64,000 nucleotides of DNA from an uncultured archaeon (GTDB lineage Archaea > Nanobdellota > Nanobdellia > Pacearchaeales > GW2011-AR1). Shown in pieces: positions 44,201 through 53,279 of this stretch. The first letter of the stretch is position 1; each line of letters starts with the position of its first letter. The notes below the pieces were generated by a model. The model saw nothing but the letters and a program-made list of their open reading frames with translations. It was not told the origin of the DNA and ran no database searches. A program made the position numbers and the translations under genes. The DNA is taken from NCBI GenBank assembly GCA_903828655.1, contig CAIKMX010000037.1:17173-81172 (forward strand). The letters run 5' to 3'.

Positions 44201-47200
44201 CTAGAACTTCTAAACCGGTTGTTATAATCCCAAGAAATATAAAGAATCCGGATTATTATAAAAAGATTAGTAAGGCATTGTTCTTGTTCTCGGATGTTGA
44301 CTGGAAAAAAGCGTTGCAGTATATGCCGGTTATTAATACTGTAAAAGATATTGGTGGAACTAATTGTTTGAATATTCTTACTAATTCTCTTCAGTCTTTT
44401 TCTTCAACATCTAAATCCAAATGCTCTTATCCTTTGATTGTTTATAATTCTCCTACACTGGCAGAGAATTCTAAGTCTAAGATGGAGATATCTTCAGAAA
44501 AATCTTGGGCGTTAAAAATTGATTCTAGCATTGATGACTTTTTGGGAAAATCTAATCTTTATACCCCTGATACGATTTTTATCTCGGATATACTTGATAA
44601 AAAATATATTAATGCTCCTAAAGGGGCTGTATTTGATAGTAGAATAAGTTCGAGTTATGGTTCTGCTGTTAGCTCGGCTTGGAAGAATTATGGTGTTGTT
44701 ATTTTGGTCAATAAAGATGATAGTGAGGCTCTTATAAAAGCTGCGGAACTTGGCGTTTTTTTTGATGCACCTATTGCTATTGCAGATGATTCTGATTCTA
44801 ATTTTAAAGACCTAATTTCTAATAAACTTGTTATTAGTGTTGGTAGCTCTAAGAAAGGATTTGATGTTGTTGGATTGGATAATAAGCCCTCTAGTATTTT
44901 GAAAGACAATTTTAAAACTTCTGTGGGGCTAATTTATAATACTCCTTCAAAAAAGCTTAATCCAACTACTCTTGTCGGAAATGTTGGTCAAACATTTTCA
45001 ACTTTTATTAAAAGTCCAGATAAGATAAGTACTGTTGAGGATTTTTTAATTGTTGCTAAAAAACCAGAGTACATAGCTTTTGTTAATCCTAATGATATAG
45101 ATTCCAAATTTTGCAAGCCATCTGTAGATCATTGTAAGACTTCAATATCTTCTGCTATCTTGGCATCTTCAGATGCCTGGACATCGCACTTTGTTAGTGT
45201 TGATTCTCCTTGGGATTCTAGTAATGTTCAATCAGCTTCATGCAGTGCTTCTTCGGAGGATACTCTTCTGGCTAGAGCGTCGATACTGACCGGGGATCAA
45301 GAAAAGATTTTTAAGAATGTACGGGATGGAATAAGATCCTATGTGGATATTTTTACTGGTCTCGCTGGTGCTACGCCTACGGGTGCAGCTATCCTTGCTT
45401 CTCCAACACAAATTGGAACTGAACAGGTTTTTGTTCGTTCTTGCAGCGGTTATTGTAAAGAATACTCTAATATTGATTTATTGACAAAACAATATTTTTT
45501 AGATGATGATGGAAAACCCTTGCCTAAGTTGGATCCTGCAGATGTTTTTAGGGCATATTCTTTTGATATCGCGAATACGTTTTCTTATTCCAACAAATTG
45601 ATTTTTGATGCTAAACCTCAGTGCCCTCAAATGAGTTTAGAGGGGGGCTATGCTAATAATGCTGTTAACAAACTTCCTTCTTATGTAGGTTATCTGTTCG
45701 GGATGGTTAATAGTGACTGGAATCCTTCTTGGCTTCTCAAATATGATGCAGATTCAGTAATATCTCGTTCTTATAATGGTGGTAAGGTTTTTAAGTCCCC
45801 TGCGGATCTTGAGTTGTTTCTTCAGAAACAACCTCTCACAAGGATTAAAGGAAATAATGGCGATCTTCTTAGCTGCTATCTTCAATATCCCTGGCATCTG
45901 TCTTATGGGGGCGAGGGTTTTAAGTTGAAGATGTCTGACTTTAAAATCAATGATGATAAACAGAAGGCAGCGATTGTTTACTATTACTGGCTTATGAACG
46001 GTATAAGATATGGCTCTTTGGGAGCATATGAGAGTATTGCTACTATTGATTCTTTCCTGCAAAAAACAAAAGGGACTCCAGGGTATATGTCTGAACCTTC
46101 TGATTCTTCTACTGAATGGCTAAGGAAATACTTTAAGGACGATATAACTATCAAGATTAGTGAACTTAAGTCTCAAGGAGCTCTTAAAGAGGGACCTGAA
46201 AAGTTCGATAATTTAGTTCAGGAAGTTAGCTGGGGGCTTTCTATGCGTCAGTATTTTCTAGATAAAAAAAATGAAAAGGCTGTTGCATGTGGGCGCTATA
46301 TTGCCTTAATAGAGAGGGATTATGCTAAGTGGTATAGAAATAAGCCAATAGACTTTTTTGTTGATTGCTATGGGACAGGTAAACAAGAACATGGAATTGA
46401 TGATTATACCTCTAATTTGGGTGAGCGTCCCGAAGTACCTCTTGAGGTACGTAATAAAATGGGGGCCTTGGTTCGTGATGCAATGAATAGTAACGCTGAA
46501 TACAGGAAGTTCAATGAGATTTTTAAGGCACTATATCCTATGGCATTTGCTACTAAGTTTGAGAAGTCCGTTAAGTCTTATTATGAGGGAAGACCTACAA
46601 AGGAGTCAGAGTTTCCATATTTTTTGGCGCAGACTCTGATCGAGCAGAAAAAATCATTTAATTCACAAATTGATCTTGGGAAGGTGCCCAAAACTTTTAG
46701 TTTGACTAGCGAGGGTTATTTAGGTAAGGTGCAGTCTGTTGTCAGAAATGCTTTGAAAGAACAGCTTTTGGAGAATAGAAAAGAGATGGTAAAATATATC
46801 CAGGATGCTAACGATGCAATAGAGTGCATTCATACTGACGCAGTTGGGATGGATCCTCTTAAGGGACATTACAACAAGTGCAAAGAGAATGTAGATAATG
46901 TTCTAAAAAGGAGCCCTACTGTATCTGATTTTACTTCACAAAGATTGATTCGCTTGAAGAATAACCCTTCTCAGGCGAATTCAGATGCTGAGACAATTTT
47001 GTCTCAAAAGGAAATTACTGCTTCATATTATTTGAAGACAATGCCGGATGTAGTGGATATGACCAAGTTGAATGAAGAGGCTAAAGAGGTTGTAACTAAT
47101 TTTGCTATTAGTGCAGGTTTAACTATTGCAACTATGGGCATGTCTCAGGCGATTATAAATGCAAGAACTTTTATAGCTCTTCAAAAGGTTCCAGGGATTA

Positions 47201-49779
47201 CCGCTGTTGGGAGAGGGGCTGCAGTTCTAAGAGCAGCAATAGTCTTGGGACCTGATGCTTATTTTGCTTTTGAGGGAATTTCTAATGCTAACAAAGTTTG
47301 TAGTGATGTAAATATTAACCAGCTTGATAGTGTTATCGGCGGGGGTATTAATACACAACAGAAATATACTTTGGGGCCTAATGTTATCTCGGATTATTCT
47401 GCTTGTCATACTGCGATATTTATGGCCTCGGTTAATTTTGTAACGATGGCTCCATTTTGGATTGGCAAACCAGATCTTAGGGTGGTGAATCAATTTTCAA
47501 AGAGCTACTCTAATAATGTTTTGGTTAAAGCATTGGCTAGGCAGGATGACGCGATACAAAAGATAGCTGTTGCAGAATCAAAACTTAATATTGTGAAAAA
47601 AAACAGCAAATCGACTCATGATGAGATTGTGGCGGCCGAGAAAGAAGTAACTAAAGCAGAAAATGTTGCGAAAACCGTTTGGAAAAATGAGGTATTGACT
47701 GCGGCTAGGGGTGAGGCGTTGCCGTTCCTTCCCAATTCGGTAGACGATCTTGTTAACTCTGCAGGTAATTCTATCTGGAAGCCTATATCGACTTCTAAGA
47801 AGGATATTAAAATTACTCCAAATGTTCTTGATGAGGCAAAGATAGCCCAATTTTTAGCGCAGCAGAAGAAAGTCAATCCAAATTTTGTTCCAGTTTGGGA
47901 AAAATTAATCGCGCATATGAGGGAAAGAAGCATTGTCCCGCAAGAGGTTTATGATTCAGCACTTAGAGAGGCTACTCTCGCCTTAAGAAGGGAACTAGAA
48001 GCGCATCCAGATGTCCCCTATATTGTTTTGTGGGATGATGGTCCACGTAAGTCTGGGAGATTTATATTTGAAAAGGCTCAGGAGGATTTACAGGGTTTGC
48101 GTCCTCCAGCGCTAAAAATTTACACAGACGATGTAGGTCTGATGGTTCTTAAGGATGAAATTTGTAAGCTTCGTGCAAAAGGTAAAGATCCTATAATTGT
48201 TGTAATGGATGATGCGATATATACTGGGGAACAAATAGGTTTTACAACGTCTAAAGTTCGAAAGATCTATGAGTCTTTGGGTGCCGATAATCCTGAAATT
48301 TTTCTTGCTTCTCCTTTAGTTTCAAGTTTGGCAGAGAATCGTTTAGTTTCTATACCTGGAGTTAAGTTATTCACTTCGGGTAAGTCTAAAGAGTATATGA
48401 AGTCTATAAAAGAGATTCTTACTCCTCAAGAAATGGACATTTTGTCTCTTGGTTCACAGCAGTATGCTACTCTTACAATTCTTCCTACGAAATTTGCTGA
48501 TAGTGTTTCGGTTTATGATTTTCTTGCTAACAAGGTTCTAAAGTATGATTATGAGACTTATCAAAGATATGTTCCTTACAAGATGATTGGAAATTATCGA
48601 ACGGAGGAATTTAATCAGTTTACGCAATATGATGATGCGATTCGTAAATGGCTGGCTCGTAAGAAAGATAATCTTGTCGATGCCTATAATGATGGTACGC
48701 TGCAGGTTCCTTTCAAACCTTCTCCGAGTCCTGGTGGACCTGGTGCGGCGACACCGCCGTCTGTTAGTCCTCCATCAACTACTACTACGCCTGTTATCGG
48801 AGATACAGGCTATGCTACTCCTGTTCCAGTAACTAAAGTTACGGATCCTTCTTATACTGGCACAGGGGTTATGGAGCCTCCGATAATTCCTATTCCAGTT
48901 CCTAAGCCTGTTCCGGTGAAATGTCCTGTAATTGATTTTTCTCCTAAGGCTGCTTCCCTGTATAGCCTTGTTGATGATGATGCTATAGTAAGTTTAGCTG
49001 AATCAGTTATTGGAAGAGAGATTACAGATTCTAAAATGAGACAAGCAATAATTAATGCTCACAATGAACTTGATAACACTAAAAAGGCTAAGATTCTTTT
49101 GGATGCCGGATTTAATTCTACAATTCCTCGTAGTGATCCTCTTTCTGGGGAGGTTAGAAAATTGCTTGATAGCGGGGTTTGTGGTCCTCTAGACTATTCA
49201 AAAATTTTGCCTTATATGGTCCGTTCAAATTTTAAGACTGAATTTGCTGATGCTTGGACAAAGACCTCTGGATTTTTTGTTAATCCTAGGGATCAAACTA
49301 AGGGTTTTTTGATTGGAAAGGTTACGTCAGGAGATTCTGGTCCGGTTTTGCAATCTATATATGGAGACAATCAAGTACTCTTGAATTTTTATGGATCACA
49401 TCTTGCTAGCGTTCCAGTTGCCGTAAAAACAAAACTGAAGCCTGGTGCGGATATAGAACAGCTTCTAATAAATCTTGATTATAAATTTGCTGGTCCTAAT
49501 AATGAAGCGAACTTTATTGACACTTTGATAAAAAAAGGTTTTGATAAACCGAAGACTCTTAAGTCCGGTAGGGCAGTTAAAAATAGGGCTATTGACATTG
49601 AAATAACTTATCCTGCACCTGACGCTACTGGGAAGATGGTGGATTATGTTCAGGAGTTTGAGCTTGAGTTTGATTCTTCTTCATATTCTAGTGCGGTAGC
49701 CGCTTCAAGAAGTGGTTGTTCTGTTAATCTTGAACTTACACATATTTTTCCAAATAAAAACGCAGTAAGGTTGCCTTAG
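41299..49779 (+). CDS. giant (2826 aa) secreted Cys-rich multidomain surface protein
   Basis: Leader MKEGGDLRLFLVLFLVAFILFV. A Cys-rich block includes CDGIDNDCNNVVDD (MopE-like metal-binding motif) and CDKSMVGQQIASDCKTGQTFQDYPTCTC. There is a Pro/Thr-rich linker near aa 2470 and a PRTase-like IVVMDDAIYTGEQ segment. The long ORF is uninterrupted. Confidence 0.8.
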   Translation: MKEGGDLRLFLVLFLVAFILFVSVFSASVVDAAKLKVRGVKAGTGVWAASEPDEYGIVETNHCNWLNRDYEIGDSSYNWYYGDARGCSLSYGASDPPYLSTVYGDLMYADGRRWIASAYIVKDLSERGVESYITASLRFVSEGIKPDGSFTNLKISPSQSEFYYERWENRAICLSSLCGPFSVIPICSGCALDGTKLIAKDSVSNCDLTEATVEVVGFDKACGDLDPGTFTHIEKVSGTDQYLPPYFSYPDGGKQFVDIGASNCDAILTSYAPFDHVPSADGNGCDIYFNNLDYKGGGSSIFGNRAVFHSRSPLILLKYRPSGQSEVGVMFDASYDPFGLSQYQTPVSIGFGMKFSKTSQASEVISSRGINEYSNYVPSEMTPVEVSTEIDSHKRFVLVADAWLSAKQIGQGASSCSDWVVKAVIRDYFQNSEDFTSKCGGITTTTPTEDTSPKENECKDGEKRECYTGSTATAGVGICMKGFNSCLFGKWQTMSDGGYMCFNEVTPGKEICDGIDNDCNNVVDDKSFADLDCADKNKGSDGNPDTSYKCSSGKCVKECVPNCNGKECGSDSCLGVCGTCVDGKTCGTDGKCAVIKECSSGNPGVKATSQSDCNSKSVKEDKKYTFTGPTGTPPCDCVEKKCDKSMVGQQIASDCKTGQTFQDYPTCTCTDSPVIPVKCDESAGSMCASDATCKKLLGEKPDAVSRTFCNPQTCTCASRVCSKSSLSGHPPDECDGDYDCQTKYGIDYVCDPLSCKCTPGVCGPGVGGGKVKSDCQSGETFFGYPVCKCDYGAPLFSVVRDNTKKRVIDTGDQLITDPTKKTDYVYLESTDKFYCDLDFLGEGYFSGESLLRRGYKIAQTEVSAPSLGKYASTTLDSIYLEAKDDNGKTIKYYLSNQDRSPILNRWKWYSIDQNLLYNGPVNDPNNVFSKQDFFDYQANAGDFFGREVTCNVQLIAPSETYKSGVYETRTSKPVVIIPRNIKNPDYYKKISKALFLFSDVDWKKALQYMPVINTVKDIGGTNCLNILTNSLQSFSSTSKSKCSYPLIVYNSPTLAENSKSKMEISSEKSWALKIDSSIDDFLGKSNLYTPDTIFISDILDKKYINAPKGAVFDSRISSSYGSAVSSAWKNYGVVILVNKDDSEALIKAAELGVFFDAPIAIADDSDSNFKDLISNKLVISVGSSKKGFDVVGLDNKPSSILKDNFKTSVGLIYNTPSKKLNPTTLVGNVGQTFSTFIKSPDKISTVEDFLIVAKKPEYIAFVNPNDIDSKFCKPSVDHCKTSISSAILASSDAWTSHFVSVDSPWDSSNVQSASCSASSEDTLLARASILTGDQEKIFKNVRDGIRSYVDIFTGLAGATPTGAAILASPTQIGTEQVFVRSCSGYCKEYSNIDLLTKQYFLDDDGKPLPKLDPADVFRAYSFDIANTFSYSNKLIFDAKPQCPQMSLEGGYANNAVNKLPSYVGYLFGMVNSDWNPSWLLKYDADSVISRSYNGGKVFKSPADLELFLQKQPLTRIKGNNGDLLSCYLQYPWHLSYGGEGFKLKMSDFKINDDKQKAAIVYYYWLMNGIRYGSLGAYESIATIDSFLQKTKGTPGYMSEPSDSSTEWLRKYFKDDITIKISELKSQGALKEGPEKFDNLVQEVSWGLSMRQYFLDKKNEKAVACGRYIALIERDYAKWYRNKPIDFFVDCYGTGKQEHGIDDYTSNLGERPEVPLEVRNKMGALVRDAMNSNAEYRKFNEIFKALYPMAFATKFEKSVKSYYEGRPTKESEFPYFLAQTLIEQKKSFNSQIDLGKVPKTFSLTSEGYLGKVQSVVRNALKEQLLENRKEMVKYIQDANDAIECIHTDAVGMDPLKGHYNKCKENVDNVLKRSPTVSDFTSQRLIRLKNNPSQANSDAETILSQKEITASYYLKTMPDVVDMTKLNEEAKEVVTNFAISAGLTIATMGMSQAIINARTFIALQKVPGITAVGRGAAVLRAAIVLGPDAYFAFEGISNANKVCSDVNINQLDSVIGGGINTQQKYTLGPNVISDYSACHTAIFMASVNFVTMAPFWIGKPDLRVVNQFSKSYSNNVLVKALARQDDAIQKIAVAESKLNIVKKNSKSTHDEIVAAEKEVTKAENVAKTVWKNEVLTAARGEALPFLPNSVDDLVNSAGNSIWKPISTSKKDIKITPNVLDEAKIAQFLAQQKKVNPNFVPVWEKLIAHMRERSIVPQEVYDSALREATLALRRELEAHPDVPYIVLWDDGPRKSGRFIFEKAQEDLQGLRPPALKIYTDDVGLMVLKDEICKLRAKGKDPIIVVMDDAIYTGEQIGFTTSKVRKIYESLGADNPEIFLASPLVSSLAENRLVSIPGVKLFTSGKSKEYMKSIKEILTPQEMDILSLGSQQYATLTILPTKFADSVSVYDFLANKVLKYDYETYQRYVPYKMIGNYRTEEFNQFTQYDDAIRKWLARKKDNLVDAYNDGTLQVPFKPSPSPGGPGAATPPSVSPPSTTTTPVIGDTGYATPVPVTKVTDPSYTGTGVMEPPIIPIPVPKPVPVKCPVIDFSPKAASLYSLVDDDAIVSLAESVIGREITDSKMRQAIINAHNELDNTKKAKILLDAGFNSTIPRSDPLSGEVRKLLDSGVCGPLDYSKILPYMVRSNFKTEFADAWTKTSGFFVNPRDQTKGFLIGKVTSGDSGPVLQSIYGDNQVLLNFYGSHLASVPVAVKTKLKPGADIEQLLINLDYKFAGPNNEANFIDTLIKKGFDKPKTLKSGRAVKNRAIDIEITYPAPDATGKMVDYVQEFELEFDSSSYSSAVAASRSGCSVNLELTHIFPNKNAVRLP

Positions 49780-49803
49780 GCATTTGCACACTAAAAGAAA
49801 TAG

Positions 49804-50436
49804 TTATCCTCTTTTTGAAATAATTTCTTCATATCTTCTTGTAGTTTGCATGTACTGCTCTTCTATATCTCTATCTGCACTATCTTGGGCTTTAGCCATT
49901 CTTATAGCTCTTTGGTGGTTGGGTTCTGTTTTTGTACTGGATGAAATAAGTACATTGGCCTTCTCTGCAAGCCAGGATCTTCTTGATAAAGATTCAAGGT
50001 CTTTTGGGTCTCTTTCTTTGTTTCTTTTTACTGCTTCTTCTAAGACTGTTGCAATCTCTTCTTTGTATTTTTGGTCCATTTCTCTTGGGGAGATATTTAC
50101 TAGGATGTTTACGGCTGCTTCAAATTCTTCAGCAGTATAATCTCTTTGGAAAAATTCTTTTATTCCGGATAGAATTGGTTTACTATCTGCTTCATTTAAT
50201 TGATAAAGCTCTTGTATTATCCTTAGAAATCTGCTTCCTTCTGAAACATCAGGATTTATCTCTCGGCATTTGCATGCAAGGGCCGTAAAATTTTTACCCA
50301 AGTTGTAGCGTATTCTTTCCGCGTCATCACCAGTTATTTGTTTAACTCTTGAATAAAAATCTTGTGGATTAGTATCTGCGAACATTCTTTGAATTGCTTC
50401 TCTTGCGGTTCTTGTCGGAGTGTATTTTTTTGCCAT
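49804..50436 (-). CDS. hypothetical helical protein, last gene of the RHH-ARH operon
   Basis: 210 aa, 5 nt downstream of the preceding gene on the same strand. Confidence 0.5.
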   Translation of the reverse strand: MAKKYTPTRTAREAIQRMFADTNPQDFYSRVKQITGDDAERIRYNLGKNFTALACKCREINPDVSEGSRFLRIIQELYQLNEADSKPILSGIKEFFQRDYTAEEFEAAVNILVNISPREMDQKYKEEIATVLEEAVKRNKERDPKDLESLSRRSWLAEKANVLISSSTKTEPNHQRAIRMAKAQDSADRDIEEQYMQTTRRYEEIISKRG

Positions 50437-50441
50437 TTTTT

Positions 50442-51224
50442 TTATTGATCTCTGTTATCTCTTTTTGCTCTTTCTTTGCACATTTGCAGATATTCTTGGG
50501 ATAATTTTTTTGATCCTAGTGCTTCGTCTCGGTCTTCAATTGAATCTAATCTTGTTGCAACTTCAGCTAGGAATTGTTCTGTTGTTTGATCAGGGTCATT
50601 TTCACTGTAAGATTTTACATGGCCCTTTAGATCCGCCATAAACTCTATAATCTTTTTTTCTTCCTCAGATTTTTCTGATTTTCTTCCGACTACCTTTTCG
50701 GTTCTGCCCAAGTTATGTGCGTAGCCTGCGATTACTCTTTTGAATTTTTCTAAAGGCATTTCATATGCTGCTCTAATAACTTCTCTACCTCCCCAAACTA
50801 CTAGTCTCTTGATATCTTCTACAGGGGGTGCCAGATACTCATTTTCACCGAGATAGAAAGAAGCGTCAGTTAGTGCTCTCTCTAGTTCGTCCCCTCTTCT
50901 ATTAAGTCCCTTTTGAAAAATATCTTTGTAAAATGAATAGTGTCTAACCATTACGCTAAATTCTGAAACTTGTTTTGCTAGTTCCACGTTTCCAGCTTCG
51001 GTACTTTTTTTCTGTGTGTGTATTATTGCATTCATAGCTCTGGCTCTTGCTGCGTAAAAGTCATTAAACTGACCCATATTGCTTATCCAAACTATTTCTT
51101 CTGTCTTACCGACAAGATATGGCTTTATTCCTTCTCCAGTATAAGTTCTTCCAGTTGTTGGATCTTCAATTATTAGTGTTCCCATACCTACTCTTTGTTC
51201 TAGAGGCTTTTTATGATTTTCCAT
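50442..51224 (-). CDS. hypothetical protein, possibly an ADP-ribosyltransferase-like partner of the adjacent glycohydrolase
   Basis: 260 aa. Candidate Arg (GRTYTGEG), S-T-x (KKSTEAG) and E-x-E (LGENEYL) triad with R-S-E-like spacing. This is weak and needs profile confirmation. Confidence 0.45.
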   Translation of the reverse strand: MENHKKPLEQRVGMGTLIIEDPTTGRTYTGEGIKPYLVGKTEEIVWISNMGQFNDFYAARARAMNAIIHTQKKSTEAGNVELAKQVSEFSVMVRHYSFYKDIFQKGLNRRGDELERALTDASFYLGENEYLAPPVEDIKRLVVWGGREVIRAAYEMPLEKFKRVIAGYAHNLGRTEKVVGRKSEKSEEEKKIIEFMADLKGHVKSYSENDPDQTTEQFLAEVATRLDSIEDRDEALGSKKLSQEYLQMCKERAKRDNRDQ

Positions 51225-51225
51225 G

Positions 51226-52185
51226 TTATTTATTTTGATACTCCATTGTTCTTTTAACTAAGTCTTCAGAAATTTTTTCAAGGCCTTTTCTATTTTCTAT
51301 AACATTTATCCATCTTTGTGGAATTGCTTGAATGCCGTTGTATGCTCCACTTATTGCGCCTGCTATACATCCTGTGGAGTCTGAATCTCCGTTGTGGTTT
51401 ACTGCAGTTATTATAGTTTCTTCAAAATCTTTTGGACTTCTCAGAAATGAGTATAGTGCTATTGCGACAGCTTCATGTCCTTTCCATCCTTCTCCGAGGG
51501 TCGTTATGGCTTGATGTTTGTCTTTCATTGTTAGTGCTTGTTCAACTTGTTTAATTTTTTCAACAAATTCTCTTGAATCTTCTCCAAAACGAGATTTGGC
51601 TAGAGTGACTAATCTAGAGATATATGTGTTTGGATCTTCTTCTTTTAGCGCTAAGGAAGTGAGGTAGGCTGTTGCTACTCCTGAAGCTACTGCTGTAGGG
51701 TGTGCATGAGTGCATACACTTGATGCTTCTGCTATTTCTACTAATTTTTCTGGATGATTGTAAAATACTAATCCTATTGGTGCCGTTCTCATTGCGGCTC
51801 CGCAACCTCTTGAAACTACTCCTGATTTTTTCCAGTCTCTGCCCATCTTGAGATTTTCTACTCCCTGGATGCATGTTGATCCAGGAGCACGATTATTATC
51901 TGGGCTGTTTAACCATGTGATGAATTCTCCTCTTACTAAGGCCATTGTTTTTTCTAAATCATATTCTATTGGTGTAGCTATTAGAGCATTCGCAACTGCT
52001 ATGCTCATTTGAGTATCATCACTGTATCTTGCTATTGTACTTCTGCTTAAGTTCATTTCTTTGGTATCTGTTTCTCCATTCCAAACTGGCTTTTTTGTAA
52101 ATTCTATTGGATACCCCAAGGCATCGCCTACTGCTAAGCCTATGATTGTTCCTCTGATTTTTCCTTCTAGTTTTTCTTTTTCCAT
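51226..52185 (-). CDS. ADP-ribosylglycohydrolase (DraG/ARH family)
   Basis: Has IIGLAVGDALGYPIEF, YSDDTQMSIAVANAL, HNGDSDSTGCIAGAISGAYNG, the conserved ARH metal-binding Asp/Thr clusters. Confidence 0.8.
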   Translation of the reverse strand: MEKEKLEGKIRGTIIGLAVGDALGYPIEFTKKPVWNGETDTKEMNLSRSTIARYSDDTQMSIAVANALIATPIEYDLEKTMALVRGEFITWLNSPDNNRAPGSTCIQGVENLKMGRDWKKSGVVSRGCGAAMRTAPIGLVFYNHPEKLVEIAEASSVCTHAHPTAVASGVATAYLTSLALKEEDPNTYISRLVTLAKSRFGEDSREFVEKIKQVEQALTMKDKHQAITTLGEGWKGHEAVAIALYSFLRSPKDFEETIITAVNHNGDSDSTGCIAGAISGAYNGIQAIPQRWINVIENRKGLEKISEDLVKRTMEYQNK

Positions 52186-52192
52186 GTTATTT

Positions 52193-52390
52193 TTATTTGA
52201 TTTCTGTCTTTCCGTTCATCAATTTATTTAGAGCAAATTCAACAAAATGGCTTTTATTTCTAAAAGAGCCATTGCTAATATAATCGTCTATTCTTTCTAT
52301 TGTTTCTTTTTCTATGCTGACGCTGAGCTTTTGTTTCATCGTATAATTTCGTATAATATGCGCTTTATAAACTTTTCTATTTGTTGTCAC
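52193..52390 (-). CDS. ribbon-helix-helix (CopG-like) transcriptional regulator
   Basis: 65 aa. KLSVSIEKETIERIDDY (beta-strand plus helix A) and SHFVEFALNKLM (helix B). Confidence 0.65.
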   Translation of the reverse strand: MTTNRKVYKAHIIRNYTMKQKLSVSIEKETIERIDDYISNGSFRNKSHFVEFALNKLMNGKTEIK

Positions 52391-52458
52391 TTTAAAGTTG
52401 TTATAAATAATCTCCCTTGGATGATAAGGTTTTTTAACTGGATTGTTTAAGAGTTTTT

Positions 52459-53229
52459 ATGATGGGCAAAAATTTGAGGCGGTACTTAATATTTGGTATG
52501 ATTTTGTTTGTTTGTTTGTTTGTGGTTTGCTTTTCGCTAGTTAGTGCCATAAATCCTGAAGGCCCGATTTATGCTATATGCCATACCCTCGGCGAAAATA
52601 ATTATTGCGAGGATTTTGAGACTAATTTTATTTGGAGCAATATATCCGATACAGGGATTATTTATTTTCAAGTTTTCCAAGATAATGAAAGTTATGATGT
52701 CAAACTTTTTGATTTCGAAAGAGGGCCCCTTGATTCTAACGAAGATCCTATTGCTCTGGATCCCTTAAGTCCTTTAGATGAGTCTGGAATTGCAAGGTTT
52801 AGCATATCTGGTGTTGGAGATTATATTATTGTGCTTGAAAACAAGGGTCCAGAATGTGACTCTATCCTAAATTATAATTATTCCAATGAAGATGAGAATT
52901 CTCTCTTTCCTAGTGATGAAGAGATAAATATCTGCTTGAGATATATTGATTTTAGTGTTTATGAAGACTCTGATGAATTTAATAATTTTATCTCTGGCTA
53001 TGATTTGGCCTTGGATAGCCTGACTGAAAGTAATCTTGAAACCGATTCTTTTAGCTATAGTTCTCCAATATTTCGGGAAATTTCTTTTGCTGAAATTCCT
53101 CTTGGACCTTTTGTGCCTTCTCTTATAAACCGGGAGATAACCCCCTTTCCTCCATCATTTGGGTCTTTTTTTATGAATTCTCCTCCGATCAACTATTTGG
53201 TTAGGACATCAGATTTGTTTTCTGACTGA
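52459..53229 (+). CDS. secreted acidic hypothetical protein
   Basis: Signal or TM segment at aa 8-31 (LIFGMILFVCLFVVCFSLVSA), an Asp/Glu/Ser-rich body, no motif. Confidence 0.45.
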   Translation: MMGKNLRRYLIFGMILFVCLFVVCFSLVSAINPEGPIYAICHTLGENNYCEDFETNFIWSNISDTGIIYFQVFQDNESYDVKLFDFERGPLDSNEDPIALDPLSPLDESGIARFSISGVGDYIIVLENKGPECDSILNYNYSNEDENSLFPSDEEINICLRYIDFSVYEDSDEFNNFISGYDLALDSLTESNLETDSFSYSSPIFREISFAEIPLGPFVPSLINREITPFPPSFGSFFMNSPPINYLVRTSDLFSD

Positions 53230-53279
53230 TTTTTTATGAAAAATCTTGTTTTTTCGATAAGATTATAAACAATCCTTTA

